A DNA stretch of 64,000 nt. It comes from Octopus sinensis. Taxonomy: Eukaryota. The notes below the pieces were generated by a model, which ran no database searches, was not told the origin of the DNA, and was given only the letters and a program-made list of their open reading frames with translations. Within the stretch, counting starts at the first letter, position 1; the number at the start of each line of letters is the position of its first letter. The stretch is from assembly GCF_006345805.1 (NCBI RefSeq), contig NC_043012.1, positions 19,096,001-19,160,000 on the forward strand, in the 5' to 3' direction. This document shows positions 1 through 12,646 of the stretch, one piece after another. A program made the position numbers and the translations under genes.

Positions 1-344
1 GGAATACACGGAAATACGATGAATGTAGTCTACGTATTTAGCCTATATATCTTTATGTTATAGGATTCTGCAGAATTACTTAGCCATCAGTTGTCCAGAA
101 TTTTTAGCGATAGCGTTTGTTCTAATTAATTTTATTAAATATTTCTCCATAAAATAGCCTATGCCTTCGCTATTCATTGTCATAATAATTATCAGGGTCG
201 TAATACAGATACCAACAAGTATAATAAAACATAACGACAAGAACAGCACATAGAAGAACTAAATGTTGTGTATGATATTGTTCACCGTGCTAATGGTTCT
301 GGCAACTAATCACCTTAATGGAATAGAGGCTATTTGAAACGTAT

Positions 345-790
345 GGCCTGGGGGGTACACGGAAATGATACAAACATGGAAATGTGCCATCGAGAACAAA
401 GAACATAACATACTGTCCGATTTTACAATTCAATGTGACTCCCTAATTGATGCTCGAAGACTAAATACTGTTGTGGTAGATGAAGGATAAAGGAAACCAA
501 GGTCATATATATTGCTATACCTGGGTATGCACGAGTAGATGATAATGAACTGGAAATGATGAAGAAATACAAGCTACTAAAACATGAAATTGCAAGAATG
601 TGAACTACGAGGAGAGTGTCTGTCATTCCAGTAGCTGAGGAGGCGCTCGGAGCACTGACAACCAAGTTCAAGAAATATATCAGAGAAAACGAGATTGACA
701 TGGAAGCAGGGCGATCACAAAACACTGCTCTGCTGGGGACAACTACGATTTTGAAATTGGTAATGGGACGTGTAATGTCTTCCACGGTAA
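345..790 (+). mobile_element. Degenerate 3' end of an R4/Dong-type non-LTR retrotransposon (restriction-like endonuclease domain)
   Basis: Across one frameshift and one stop it reads K*YKH...ENKEHNILSDFTIQCDSLIDARRLNTVVVD / IAIPGYARVDDNELEMMKKYKLLKHEIARM*TTRRVSVIPVAEEALGALTTKFKKYI...QNTALLGTTTILKLVM. This fits the REL consensus ILWDFxIQTD..RRPDIVVVD..IAVPGD..KY..L..EI.R.W..VIPV.IGALG..QKxALLGT..IL. Confidence 0.8.
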
Positions 791-1739
791 TTAAGAACCA
801 AGTATCAAAGCTTATAATGTGCTGATGTCTGCTGTCACTGGATAAATCAGTGCAAAAAAAGACCGAGTGCTCTGAGAAAGAACAACAACAGCAACAACAC
901 CAATGATAATTTCTTCTATATGCAAAAGTTTTCAAATAACATATCTTCAAAAATCATTTCACTTGCGTTACGATAACATCATGAATATAGTCATTCCCTG
1001 AAAAATAGTGCCACAACAATTGTGCATCTTCGATTCTACGATAAACAATTAACAGCATAAGATAGAATTGACTATAAATCAACAAAATTTTAGTTAGAGA
1101 GCATAATAACAAAAGCTGTGAACAAAAAAACAAGAAATCATTTCAATAACAAGTTCATCGACAAACTAAAACATTTACTGACGCTACGTGAAACAGAGGA
1201 ACTCTAGAAATAATAAGCTGTCGGAAACGTTGTCCGAGTAGAAATCTTAGCAGTTAACGACAAGCTGGAAATTTTAATATAATCATTTTCATTTGAATAG
1301 TTAAAGACACAAACAATTGTAATGACAGTGTCCCTTAAACCTCGTCCCTTTCATACAAAACATCAATAATTACAGAAATAAAGTGAGATACATGTAGAAC
1401 CTCAGTCGGACGCCTCCTATGTACTGTCACAAAAGTGGCTTCCGCTGTGAGTGTCCCCAATTTTTTACAGATCAAGTATAGAGTTTTATTCTACTACACT
1501 TGACAAAATTCCTCTTTCTATCAGATCTTTACTCATTTCGTACCCATACAATGAGACTTGATTCAACATCATTGTATTTTATTTCATTGTTTGTAGTGGT
1601 TCATGTATTATGTTAAAATATAGGTGTGGCATTCTTGGTTTTTAGCAAATGTTCTGGTTTACTCTCCATTTTAAATACCGGAGATGCATTACAGTTGTTT
1701 TAATACTTTTCATTGGTGACAATCTCCCAGCGCGTCAAG

Positions 1740-2330
1740 CACAACCGCTTATCTCTCATATTCGAGGCCTAATGAAAGCCCACATTTTAGGATGCGAAAA
1801 TTCGAATGCTTGTACGCTGTAAATTCTTAGAAATGCTCAGGACTCAGCAGTCTGGTTTACTGTATTTTTGCCAGACTACATTTCTGCATGCATTGAGCCA
1901 TGTCCAGTTTCACCGTTGGAATACAAATTTTAAAAAAATATTTCCGTTTACTTTTTGACACAATGTGCGTGTGCAAATATATATTTCTTTTCATGCTGTA
2001 GTAGTTGTTATTCTTTAGAAAAATCATCACCCGTATCTCGTCTTTCAAAGTTAATAAAAATACATATGATAATCATTTCTATTTCAATTCTTGTGTTTTG
2101 CGTGTTTGTGCATTTAATATTCTTAATTTTCTATATGTTTCTTTGCAATCGTGTTCTGTTCTTTATTAGATTAGAAATTCTATTCTGTTGGTGTTGTTGA
2201 CACCGGTTTCTCCATGTGTCCACATCATAATTATGTTTAACAAAACAGAAATTTAAACATTCGTTCTGTACAGGGAAATTTGCTTCTAATTTCAAATACG
2301 GTTCTTTTGTATGCAAATCGAAAAAGGAAC
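1740..2330 (-). mobile_element. Probable highly decayed MULE (Mutator-like) transposase fragment
   Basis: Minus-strand pieces with stops occur in MULE order: FDL..FP..CF..H..WR, then RRDTGDDF, then NTVNQTAES..FEFSHPKMWAFI. Compare DFE..FP..GC.FH..WR / V.D.F / TNN..ES.H..HPNIW.FI. The similarity is weak and judged by eye. Confidence 0.4.
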
Positions 2331-3824
2331 AACATTTAATCACAGAAATGCGGTAACAATCCAAACTTTCAGAACAAGCGACAATACGGTTGTTTAGACA
2401 AGGAACAACAACTACAATAAGAACAGCAGCAATAATAATAATAATACTTTTTTTCATTATATCTTTTGTGTTATTCTATCGTTCTAATTTATGCCAGATC
2501 ATTTGTCCTAAGTCTCTAAGACTAGTTAAATATGCCACCACTTTTAATAGAACATTGGAAGTAAAATAAACAACTGTTAAAGAAATCGATAAACAGTTCA
2601 ATAAATAGAAACTAAAATCGAGATTCAATCAATTCCACTGATTAATTGAACTAATTTTTCTCTTCGCTACACTAAACCTTGTGCCATGCCCATTGCAGAT
2701 ATTTTGTCTAATTCTGTCAACATGAATTTCCAATGATTTCACATGTTCTGACTAAACCTGCACGCTTAGAGATTAGAGAAATCCATAATTAAATTAAACT
2801 GAGACGCACTTCAATAGATCCGCTTTTCAGACCTGCTGTATACGTGATCATGTTTCTGGCAGGAGAAATGATACGGTTGGGCAGTTTCTGTATTGATTTC
2901 TCTTTAAAATCAGAAAGTTTCAATCAGAATCAGAAGCCAGACTGTTAAAAATAACCGGAATTATTTACTAGCGAAAGCAGAATGATATTGAATATTGTAA
3001 AACAAGACCACTGTGTGAAGTGGTATGTTTTACATACACATATCTTTAGTTGTTTTTCTTTATACACTAGAGGAGAGAAATTGAATTGATATTTCTAATA
3101 AAAACAAGGAACAGAGTACATGGTAATAGATAACAATGGGCACCGAAGAAGAATATTGCGGTTTCGAATGGCAAGTTTGTAGCATTTCTTTTCACTTAAA
3201 CCGATATTTTTTATAGACAAAACGAATATGAGTATCTCAGCTGTTATTGTAACCATCAGGAATTCTTCATCACATTTATTGAAAATAGGAAATTTGGAAT
3301 GCTCAATAGAAGGGGATTGTTATTCGAGTACATTAACCCATGTAATAATTCTCACTGCCATTGACTCCACTTTGAGTTAATAACTCCAATAACATAAACG
3401 CCAAATATTGTAAAATGCTATGAAGAATTTCTTATAACAGTCCCAAGCCGACTTTTAACAATGAGAAACGTTTTATGCATTTCAATAAGAGCATGTTATA
3501 GAATTATGAGTCATATACATGTTGTAGTAATTTCTAGGAATGTTTACTGAAATATATACACGGTAATCAACTAGGGAAAGTTTCTGAATGATCCGATCAT
3601 ATTCCAGTACTCTCTTAGAGGTCTTATAATTATAATTTATCAGCTTAACTCTTATATACGTATGATAATATGTAACTTAAACAGGAAGAATCTAAGTCAT
3701 GTAAAATAGTATTGTTAAATTGGATCTTCACTCGATTGAAAGTTTTAGCTTGGATTGAAATGAAGGTAATATTATTGCTATACACCAGCTAAATAGCGGA
3801 GTTTTTCATGTTGTTATATATATG

Positions 3825-4215
3825 CCTTTCTACTCTAGACACAAGTCCTAAATGTTTGTGGCCACTTGATTAGATCGACCCCAGTACGCAACTGGTACTT
3901 AATTTATCGAGCCTTAAAGGATGAAAGGCAATGTCGACGTCGGTGGAATTTCAACTCACAACATAAAGACATATGAAATACATATTTCTTTACTACACAC
4001 AAGAGACTACACGCCGAGGGGACAAACAAGGACTGACAAACGAATTAAGTCGATAGTATCGACCCCAGTGTGTAACTGGAACTTATTTAATCGACCCCGA
4101 AAGGATGAAAGGCAAAGTCAACCTCGACGGAATTTGAACTCAGAACGTAGCGGCATACGAAATACTGCTAAGGATTTCTCCCGGCGTGCTAACGTTTCTG
4201 CCAGCTCGCCGCCTT
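3825..4215 (-). mobile_element. Dimeric tRNA-derived SINE (family A, Nin/Inv-domain type) with target-site duplication
   Basis: The minus strand starts AAGGCGGCGAGCTGGCAGAAACGTTAG (A-box), then GAGTTCAAATTCC (B-box) and GCCTTTCATCCTTTCGGGGTCGAT. A second partial unit follows. The whole is flanked by ATGTTGTTATATATA at 3808-3822 and 4216-4230. Confidence 0.9.
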
Positions 4216-5173
4216 ATGTTGTTATATATATATGACGGCCTCAAGGATCGTACATGAAATACATGAGAGTCAACGTTGACATGATTGTACAGACCGCAAT
4301 TAGATTATTTCCATTATATAAATCTAGTGTTGGATGAAGAATCGAATGGTGTTTGTAAAGAAGGAATTATTTTTGTATCATGTGTCACAACAAAGAACAA
4401 TATATAAAGTTAGGCTAATTCAAGATTGTAAAATCAGCTTTCATAATTGTAAATATTCTCTATGTGCAAAAGTTTTGTTTTCCTGATAAGTGAAATCTTA
4501 AACTGCGCACCATTTGTCTGAGAGATTTTGCTACGCTACTAATTTAGAGAACGATAAGGTATACGTGATATATAGTTACCTAAGGAAAGTTATTGTTATC
4601 AACCCTAGATGAGCAATACACAACCTGAAGATATATATGTATATATGGGTGTGGATGGGTGTGGGTGTGTATGTGTGTGCTCCCGCGTGTATGTAACAAA
4701 GTGACAGGAAAAACTTCGAAGTCTCCATTTCAAAGTGAAGATGAATATTTTCATTTTTATTCAACAAAATACAGTCATCCCCGCAAAAATTATTTGAATT
4801 AAATCAATCTTATGGGATATTAGTTTAGTAATTTCAGATGATTTTGTTACAAAATATACATGCCGGTCATTCTTGGTGACATTATGATATCCAGGATATG
4901 AAAAAGTATTGGCGGAATTAGCGAGGAAGGAGTCAGTTGTATGAATATCTAATAAACCTAAAATGTTCTCCTGAGCTGAAGATCTATCTACCAAGAAAGA
5001 CTATTTATGAAGTCTGTTGGAAAGAATGTTACCAGATATTGAACTGAAGACAAATTCCCTTGCTACACATGGACAACGAAAGGAAAATGGATTGTTTGTG
5101 AGAAGCATTTAAACAAGGAGTATTTTGAATGATGATACTAGGAAAAGGTTCACCATAGTTATATTAGTAACAA

Positions 5174-5407
5174 AAAGGGCGGCGAGCTGGCAGAAAAGTT
5201 AGCGCGCCGGGCGAAATGCTTCGCGGTATTTCGTCTGCGTTACGTTGTGAGTTCAAATTCCGCCGAGGTTGACTTTGTCTTTCATCCTTTCGGGGTCGAT
5301 AAATAAAGTACCAGTTTCGCACTGGGGTCGATATAATCGACTTAATCCGTTTGTCTGTCCTTGTTTGTCCTTTCTAAGTTTAGCTCCTTGTGGGTAGTAA
5401 CGAAATA
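5174..5407 (+). mobile_element. SINE family A, full length with 14-bp TSD
   Basis: GGCGGCGAGCTGGCAGAA...GAGTTCAAATTCCGCCGAGG...TTTCATCCTTTCGGGGTCGATAAA...TTGTGGGTAGTAACGAAATA. TSD TATATTAGTAACAA at 5160-5173 and 5408-5421. Confidence 0.92.
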
Positions 5408-6875
5408 TATATTAGTAACAATTTTCGTTCGGATGACAGGTAATGCTGCCAAGTAACTGAAAAACTATAGTACATATATGTTCAAATTTTTGAATTGATG
5501 AAATGATCACTGCTCTTAAGTAGACAAAGCAGCACGTCTTAAGGGATATTAGAACAGTCATGGAAAATAAATCACAATAAATCTCTGACGTTATAGGTTC
5601 AAATCCCTGATGCTAAAACAAGTTAACCTGCATAGGAACATTTCATAGACGTTTGGTAGAAAGCCCCTTTAAGTCTACATGAAGTACACAGCTGAACAAA
5701 GCATAAATCAAGGATTATATACATAAGGGTCATTCTATTATTGCCATTGAAATCAAATCCTGTATTATTAATACAATACATTCAAGGACTCAGCGGAACG
5801 AGAGTATGTAAAGCGATGACATAAGCATTAATTAATTTGATATACATTTTTATCAGTCCATCAGACAAATTGATGTTGCATTTTATTATGCTGGGTTTAA
5901 AGTTATTATCTGCGGTCTAGCGGATGAAAAAATAATTAATTAAAACGATAATATTAAAAAAAAATTGTAAGGGATTTCAAAGTTATTAAGACATCAAGAA
6001 ATGTAAATATCTCAAAATATATCAGCTTATCGACGTTTTTGGTAAAATTGTTAGGATCAAAAAAAAATTTCTTCAAATTATTTCTGCTGCTCAACTTTGA
6101 ATGTAATATATCAACGCCATTACTTTCCGCTATTTTTATGTACGTTTCCTAGGCAATGCAGTGACTATGATTCTTGGATGAAATCTATAAATGTCGAATA
6201 CCAGTTCGTTGCTTTCACTCTAGAGGGAGATATCAATTTATAATAAGCATTCTCAATATGTTCAGAAACTTTGGATTAACAGATATGAGATTTAATAGTT
6301 TAACTACCTATGTTGAAACAAACTCACAAGGTGATATCAGCGCTAATACAAATCTTCCTTAATTGCCTGTTATAATTGGCAAAAATTGATATGAATATGG
6401 GAGTGTATGCACGTGTTTCCAAATCTCTAGACACGTAGAGGCATAAATGAGAATGAAATGTGCCACCTGAACCTGTTGTTTGCTACAGCATTTCTGCTCT
6501 AGATAGTAGAATTTTTACGTTATTGTGTGACTGTCATCAACCAGAGTAAGTTCCCTGAGGATATATACACTATAATTTCTTTCTGTGATCATCAGTATAA
6601 AAACAAAACAAGAAAAACACTGAGACGATGATTCCAGGATAACATATTCACTAAAATATTTAGTGCGTAGCAATTTTTGTACTAAATGTTTATCTTTTTT
6701 TTTCATTATGAAAGACAAAGATCTATCGAGAAGCTATTTTAAAATGAGGCCAATTACGTTTAAATATGGCCGTAACGATTCCTTATACTAAGGCACATAT
6801 TACGTTCCATATTTTCAGTGATATTCTCAAACTGTGCCGTCTGCGGTATATTCCACACCATACACACACACACAC

Positions 6876-6915
<40 letters not shown>

Positions 6916-7059
6916 TCAGCGTGTTGGAACGTTAAACACTATATATTTTTCTCACGTTCTTTTTCCCTCTCAATCACGTCTATTTCCAATTCTTCCCTCC
7001 GTTAAGGTAATACACCTTGTTGTTCCGTCGTCTTCTGCTGTCTGTAAATTTGAACTATA

Positions 7060-7104
<45 letters not shown>

Positions 7105-7132
7105 ATGTATGTATATCTCTATGTATATGTAT

Positions 7133-7357
7133 TTTCTTTTATTCTTTTACTTATTTCACTCATTTGACTGCGGCCATGCTGGAGCACCTCTTTAGTCGAA
7201 CAAGTCGACCGCAGGTCTTATTCTTTGTAAGCCTAGTACTTATTTTATCGATCTCGTTTGTTGAACCTCTAGGTTACGGGGACGTAACCACACCAACATC
7301 GGTAGTCAAGCGATTGTGGGGGACAAACACAAACGCACAAATACACACATATACATC

Positions 7358-7401
<44 letters not shown>

Positions 7402-7427
7402 TAGATAGATAAATAGATAGATAGATC

Positions 7428-7487
<60 letters not shown>

Positions 7488-7640
7488 TGACGGGATTTTT
7501 TTTAGCTTCAATCTAACAAATTCAGTCACAAGGCATTGGTTAGCTTGAGGCTATTTTAGAAAACACTTGCCCAAGGTGCCACGCAGTTGGACGGGACCCA
7601 CAATCATCTGGTTGAAAAGTAAGCTTTATACACTCACACA
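7133..7640 (-). mobile_element. tRNA-derived SINE family B (CORE-like CACCTTGGGCAAGTG) with internal microsatellites
   Basis: Head near 7560-7635 (GGCACCTTGGGCAAGTGT on minus) and tail GGTGCTCCAGCATGGCCGCAGTCAAATG. An internal (TA)n(GA)n(GATA)n tract lies at 7355-7487. Confidence 0.88.
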
Positions 7641-7690
7641 CATGCTTGTATGTATGTATAGACTGTTTGAAGCAGTGTGGAAATATCGTA

Positions 7691-8396
7691 TATTGAGAAA
7701 AAGGATGCAGTCGGAATTTTGAATAATTTTTATTAGCGCTTTCGATCGTATACTGATCTCTTCAAGAGAAAATCAAGATGATAAAAACAGAACGTTTCGT
7801 TTTCCATTTATATTAATCAGATGTGCTTTGGTTTGTTTAGAAGAGGAGAAGAAATATATATATATATATATATATGAAAGGTGGGAAGAGAAAGAAAACA
7901 AAAAGAGGGAACAATAGATAGAGGGGAAGGTTTTAGGAGAGTCAGGAAAGAGGAAGAAAGGCATAGTAAAGGATGGGGAAAGAAAGCTAGCTAGCTAGGT
8001 AGCTAGCTTGATAGTTAGATAAATAAAGAGAGAAGTGTATTTTGAATTTGATTTTCCTTTTCTCTTCCCTCTTATCGTATACTCATCAACATATTTCTAA
8101 ATAAACACATTCTCTCAGAAGGGCTTGGTGACATTAACAAGATATCAAGTTTGAGAAGAAGGATGGGAAATATACGAAAAGAGAGGAGAGGGCGGTCATC
8201 AGTGAAAGTATACTCCGTTACACATGTATAGTCAAATCCCATATTCTTCTAAGCAAAGCCAAGACATCCGATTCATATAAATGAACAAGGAGACATTCTG
8301 CTTTTATCATAGTGATTTTGTCTTAAAGAGTTCCATAAACGAACAAAAGCGTTGATAGTGAATTATCCGAAACTCTGCCTGCCTCCTTTTCCTCAG

Positions 8397-8399
<3 letters not shown>
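7691..8399. repeat. Pair of ~155-bp diverged inverted repeats (7691-7844 and 8245-8399) containing hammerhead-like cores; Penelope pLTR-like
   Basis: The reverse complement of the left arm (TCTTCTAAACAAACC...TGATTTTCTCTTGAAGAGATCAGTATACGATCGAAAGCGCTAATA...CTCAATA) aligns with the right arm (TCTTCTAAGCAAAGCC...TGATTTTGTCTTAAAGAGTTCCATAAACGAACAAAAGCGTTGATA...CTCAGTA). Confidence 0.75.
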
Positions 8400-8433
<34 letters not shown>

Positions 8434-8438
8434 CTATA

Positions 8439-8506
<68 letters not shown>

Positions 8507-10586
8507 ATTTACACACAAACATGTTTACATAATTACACACAGAATCATAGATGCGCACGCGCACACTTTCTCTCGCTTCTACGCACCACATGCATACATA
8601 CTCTTCTTTTTAGGGAACAGAGATGCAATTGTTCTATAAAAGCATTCCAAGACTTAGTTTCGAAGTTCCGTATAACAATATTTCTAAGATCATTCACCAT
8701 AAAAGTGTCGTACTTCAAGCTTTATTCTCATAAAGCTTAAGAGAATAATATAAATGAGTGATGAGTAATGCAAAAAATAAGCGGTATAATATATAGCCGA
8801 AAATTAAATTTTTTGGTGTGACAGGAGCCATTTAAATCTAATGAAGTGAATGTATTTTTTAATTGCCAAATGGGCTGATACCTAACAGGAGTGAATATAA
8901 AATATTGATAATTGAAATATTTGTTTGAAGTAACGTTTGATGTAAGTTAATTAAATAATGAAGCTTCAAAGTTTATCGTGTTTATTAATGAGAATAGTTA
9001 AGTGCACACTGAATAATTCGCAAAGAAGTTTGATTTTATTTGTAATAAACATTGAAACAGTTTAATGGACAAACATGAAAGGAAATTTTATATGCTATAG
9101 TATTGTCCATGTAGGAAGGCATACACTAAAGATTTCTATCAAGGAAGTTTTCTTTTTTAATACACCCAGTTTTATGTATAATATATTTACTCTATAAGAA
9201 TCTCTTCTTTCCGCAGCACATTTTTCTACTTTTATTTCGTGTGACTTTCCTTTACGGAATGTCTTTAATTTATGGTCAGAAACGAAAAGCAATTTATTGA
9301 ATGTCAACCAGAGAGCGTTAGATTTGTGCGTGAAAATGTACAGGAAAATGAAATGGTTGACCTAAGAATCTAAAACCCTTTGAATTCCTAAGAGCCTTTA
9401 AGTATGTAATAGGGAAGAATACACAAATATTCCTTCTTCATTGATTCCTTTTATAATATCTCACATTATAATGTTAGCGTGATACCTTTTATAGTCACTG
9501 AATATATATGAACTACTAGAGTTTATAGTTTTATTGCCTGTAATTTATATCGTAGAATTATATGAATAAATATATTACCTTCATATATAAAAGGTTGCAG
9601 GAGTAGTAAATCTGTATAAAATATAGTTAGGAAATAATGAAGCCTTTTATAATAGCGATCATAAGCAGGAGTTATGCATAAGCATTTTCTCGAGTTCTGA
9701 TCTTCTTCATACCTACCACATGAAACTCACATTTGCATGATTGGTTTACAGTCGCTGTTTGCATTCCAAATTACAAAATAACAGTTTGATCTTCATATGC
9801 AAGATCTATAAGCGATTTCATCTCTGAATTCTAAATTCAATTCTATAACTCTTATACAAACAGAAATATTTCGCTTGATATAATTTTGTAAAATCTAACC
9901 AATCGTTCTATCAGTAATAGTAAAAAAAAAAAACCTCTCTCCAGTGAATTTTTTTTTTTTTAATCTTCAATTAAGCGGAGTTCTTACGCAGATGGGTGCA
10001 AATGTAATGAGGCGCAAAGTTACTTATATGTATATCCTCTACTGCTTATAGACATCTTTTAGTGGTCATTTGAAGCATAATAAAATAAAGTGCAAAACTA
10101 TGTCGAGATTATTGGAAACTTTCAAGTGTACTTGATTTTAATGAGAGCAATGTGTGAAGTGCCTGGCGTAACTTCGATTTATTCTTTATGTATGATATAC
10201 AAGAGTTTTGAATCACGTATTTCAACTTACATCATAATGACCAATCATAAGAAAAAACTGAAGCGCAAAAGTATGATATTGGAGTGACATAATATAATTC
10301 GTTAGTGACATATAATTCGCATGACTGAATTAGTTGGAAACAGAGAAATATGACAGAGATGAAATATCAGGAAGATTTAAACTGTGTAGAGTATAACAAA
10401 AAACGTATACGAAGAGCCACATATTTTTCAACCATTTGCAGTTATGATGGCCATGGAGGTATCGCATAAATTTATGCTGTAAATTCATGAGTATCCACAT
10501 GTCTATATATGTGTATGTTTATATTTATACTTGTATATATGCGAGCACATATATACGTATAACTATACACTTATATACATGCAGAT

Positions 10587-10870
10587 ATAGGCACCATTCC
10601 TTCCTCTCCTCAGTTGAATGATTTGAGCAATGTCGACTCCAAAATCGGGACCAACATGAAGGTAATTTGGCCAAATACTCTTCCTCTAAACGGAAATCTT
10701 ACCTGTCATTGTGGTTTTCAGGTACGAAGCAAAGCAGGCTTTGCCGTCCATTCCAGAAAACACGTGGTCGATGACTCACAAGCACTTGATCAACTTGTTC
10801 CCTTTGCCAACATATTTGCTAGGCACCAGTAAGTCTCAAGGGGCACATTCCTGACTATAGAACATAATTA
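10587..10870 (+). mobile_element. Decayed C-terminus of an RTE-type LINE ORF with two C2H2-like zinc fingers
   Basis: Frameshifted pieces read YRHHSFLSSVE*FEQCRLQ (cf. WR....V..FE..R), then LTCHCGFQVRSKAGFAVHSRKH, then TCSLCQHIC*APVSLKGH. Confidence 0.6.
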
Positions 10871-11637
10871 TCACTTTATTTTACTGAAGCCTCATTTGTC
10901 GCTCATGATGAGAGAGCGATCACACACACACACATGCACACGTGTGTGTGTGTGTATATATGTATTTAATGTATCATAACATATTACTTTATCGTCTACA
11001 ATAAAACAAAATATGATATCAAATCACAGAGTCACATCCATATCAGTTGAGACAGGAATGCCAAATATTTGTCACTATATGAGGTCAGTTAGTTTTGGTA
11101 GTGCGTACGAAAGGAACGCCTTTCTCGCAGCATTATGCTAAGATTTCTATAAGTGACCTGACTTTCATGACTCTAACAAATATGTATCAATGAAATACAA
11201 CTATGTCCATCCCTAAAATATGTAGCATTACATTCCTGTGTGAAGTCAAACATTATATATCAATCTATTCTCCTTACGTGCTTGGCAGAGATTTGTATTT
11301 AGTTATCTTGCTTGGATCACGAATCGAAGATTTTGGTTAATTAATTTCTATTCCGTGCGTTTTGATTGAATAACAATATATGTGAAATCAGATTACATGA
11401 TTCGTGCTATTAACTTTGTCCTGTTAAATCTATTACATTTAATCAACGCAAATTTCATCCATATTTTCATTATTTTATTTCGAAACTGTTTTCACTGATT
11501 TAAAAATGTGTATGTATAAAACTCTATAGATCTACATACATGGTGATATACATATATAATCACGTACATGAATATTTATTCATACATATATACCTGTACA
11601 TATGTATATATATATTCATATATATATATACATATTT

Positions 11638-11870
11638 AAGGCGGTGAGCTGGCAGAAACGTTAGTACGTCGGGCGAAATTCGTAGCCGTATTTCGTCTGC
11701 CGTTACGTTCTGAGTTCAAATTTCGCCGAGGTCAACTCTGCCTTTCATCCTTTCGGGGTCGATAAATTAAGTACCAGTTACGCACTGGGTTCGATATAAT
11801 CGACTTAATCCGTTTGTCTGTCCTTGTTTGTCTCCTCTGTGTTTAGCCCCTTGTGGGTAGTAAAGAAATA
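11638..11870 (+). mobile_element. SINE family A, full length, with Tx1-like 3' tail
   Basis: AAGGCGGTGAGCTGGCAGAAACGTTAG...GAGTTCAAATTTCGCCGAGG...CCTTGTTTGTCTCCTCTGTGTTTAGCCCCTTGTGGGTAGTAAAGAAATA, followed by (TA)n. Confidence 0.92.
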
Positions 11871-11891
11871 TATATATATATATACATATAT

Positions 11892-12230
11892 GAGGGTAAA
11901 GATACCCTTCGATCATATATGACGATGAGATTGCACCTAGAAAGTGCCCCTTCTCCGCACAATTCCAACGAAGTTTGCTTATGGAAGACCAGCAGTCACC
12001 CATGCATACCAGCCTCAACTCCACGCCGCCAAAGTTATCCAAAGGAAAGACAACGGCCTATACAGATTGGCACCAGTGACATTGCAATTCACTTCTACAG
12101 CAGAGTGAACTGGTGTAACGTGAGATAAATTGTCTTGCTCAAGAACACAACACACTGCTCGGTCCGGAAATTGAACTCACAGCCTCATGATTGTGAGCCC
12201 AACACTCTAACCACTTTGTCATGCGTCTTA
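11892..12230 (-). mobile_element. tRNA-derived SINE family C
   Basis: The minus-strand head AGTGGTTAGAGTGTTGGGCTCACAATCATGAGGCTGTGAGTTCAATTTCCGG carries A- and B-boxes. It is followed by TGTGTTCTTGAGCAAGACA, a CORE/V-like segment. Confidence 0.7.
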
Positions 12231-12284
12231 CACACCTTACATATACATTTGCATGCACACTTACATATACGTATACAGAACATA

Positions 12285-12435
12285 TGTAGCTCTGTGGTAA
12301 GAAGGTTGCTTCCCGACCACGGCGTTCCGGGTTCAGTCCTACTGCGTGACAACTCAGGCAAATATCTTCTATAGCCGAGGCACGTCCAAAGCCTTGTGAG
12401 TGGAATTGATAGAAAGACACTGGAAGAAGCCCGTC

Positions 12436-12474
<39 letters not shown>

Positions 12475-12646
12475 TTGGTTTCTCACCCCGCCCACCCCGC
12501 CATCACTTGACAACCGATGTCGGTGTATTTACGACCCCATAAATTAGCAGTTCGATAAAAGAAACCAATAGAATAAGTACTGAGCTGACTAAAGGCGGTG
12601 CTCCATCATGACCGCAGTCAAATGACTGAAATAAGTAAAAGAATAA
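12285..12646 (+). mobile_element. SINE family B
   Basis: GCTCTGTGGTAAG...CCGGGTTCAGTCCTACTGCGTG...GAAGAAGCCCGTCG-(TA)n-...CTTGACAACCGATG...GCGGTGCTCCATCATGACCGCAGTCAAATGACTGAAATAAGTAAAAGAATAA. Confidence 0.88.

Noticed and set aside
1880-1920. Minus-strand GHGSMHAEM, resembling a deaminase HAE motif
   Set aside because: It is flanked by stops with no downstream PCxxC, and the context fits a decayed MULE better.
5174-5265. tRNA-like A/B boxes here and at other SINE heads (also ~5590)
   Set aside because: They do not form a full cloverleaf and run into SINE bodies, so they are not tRNA genes.
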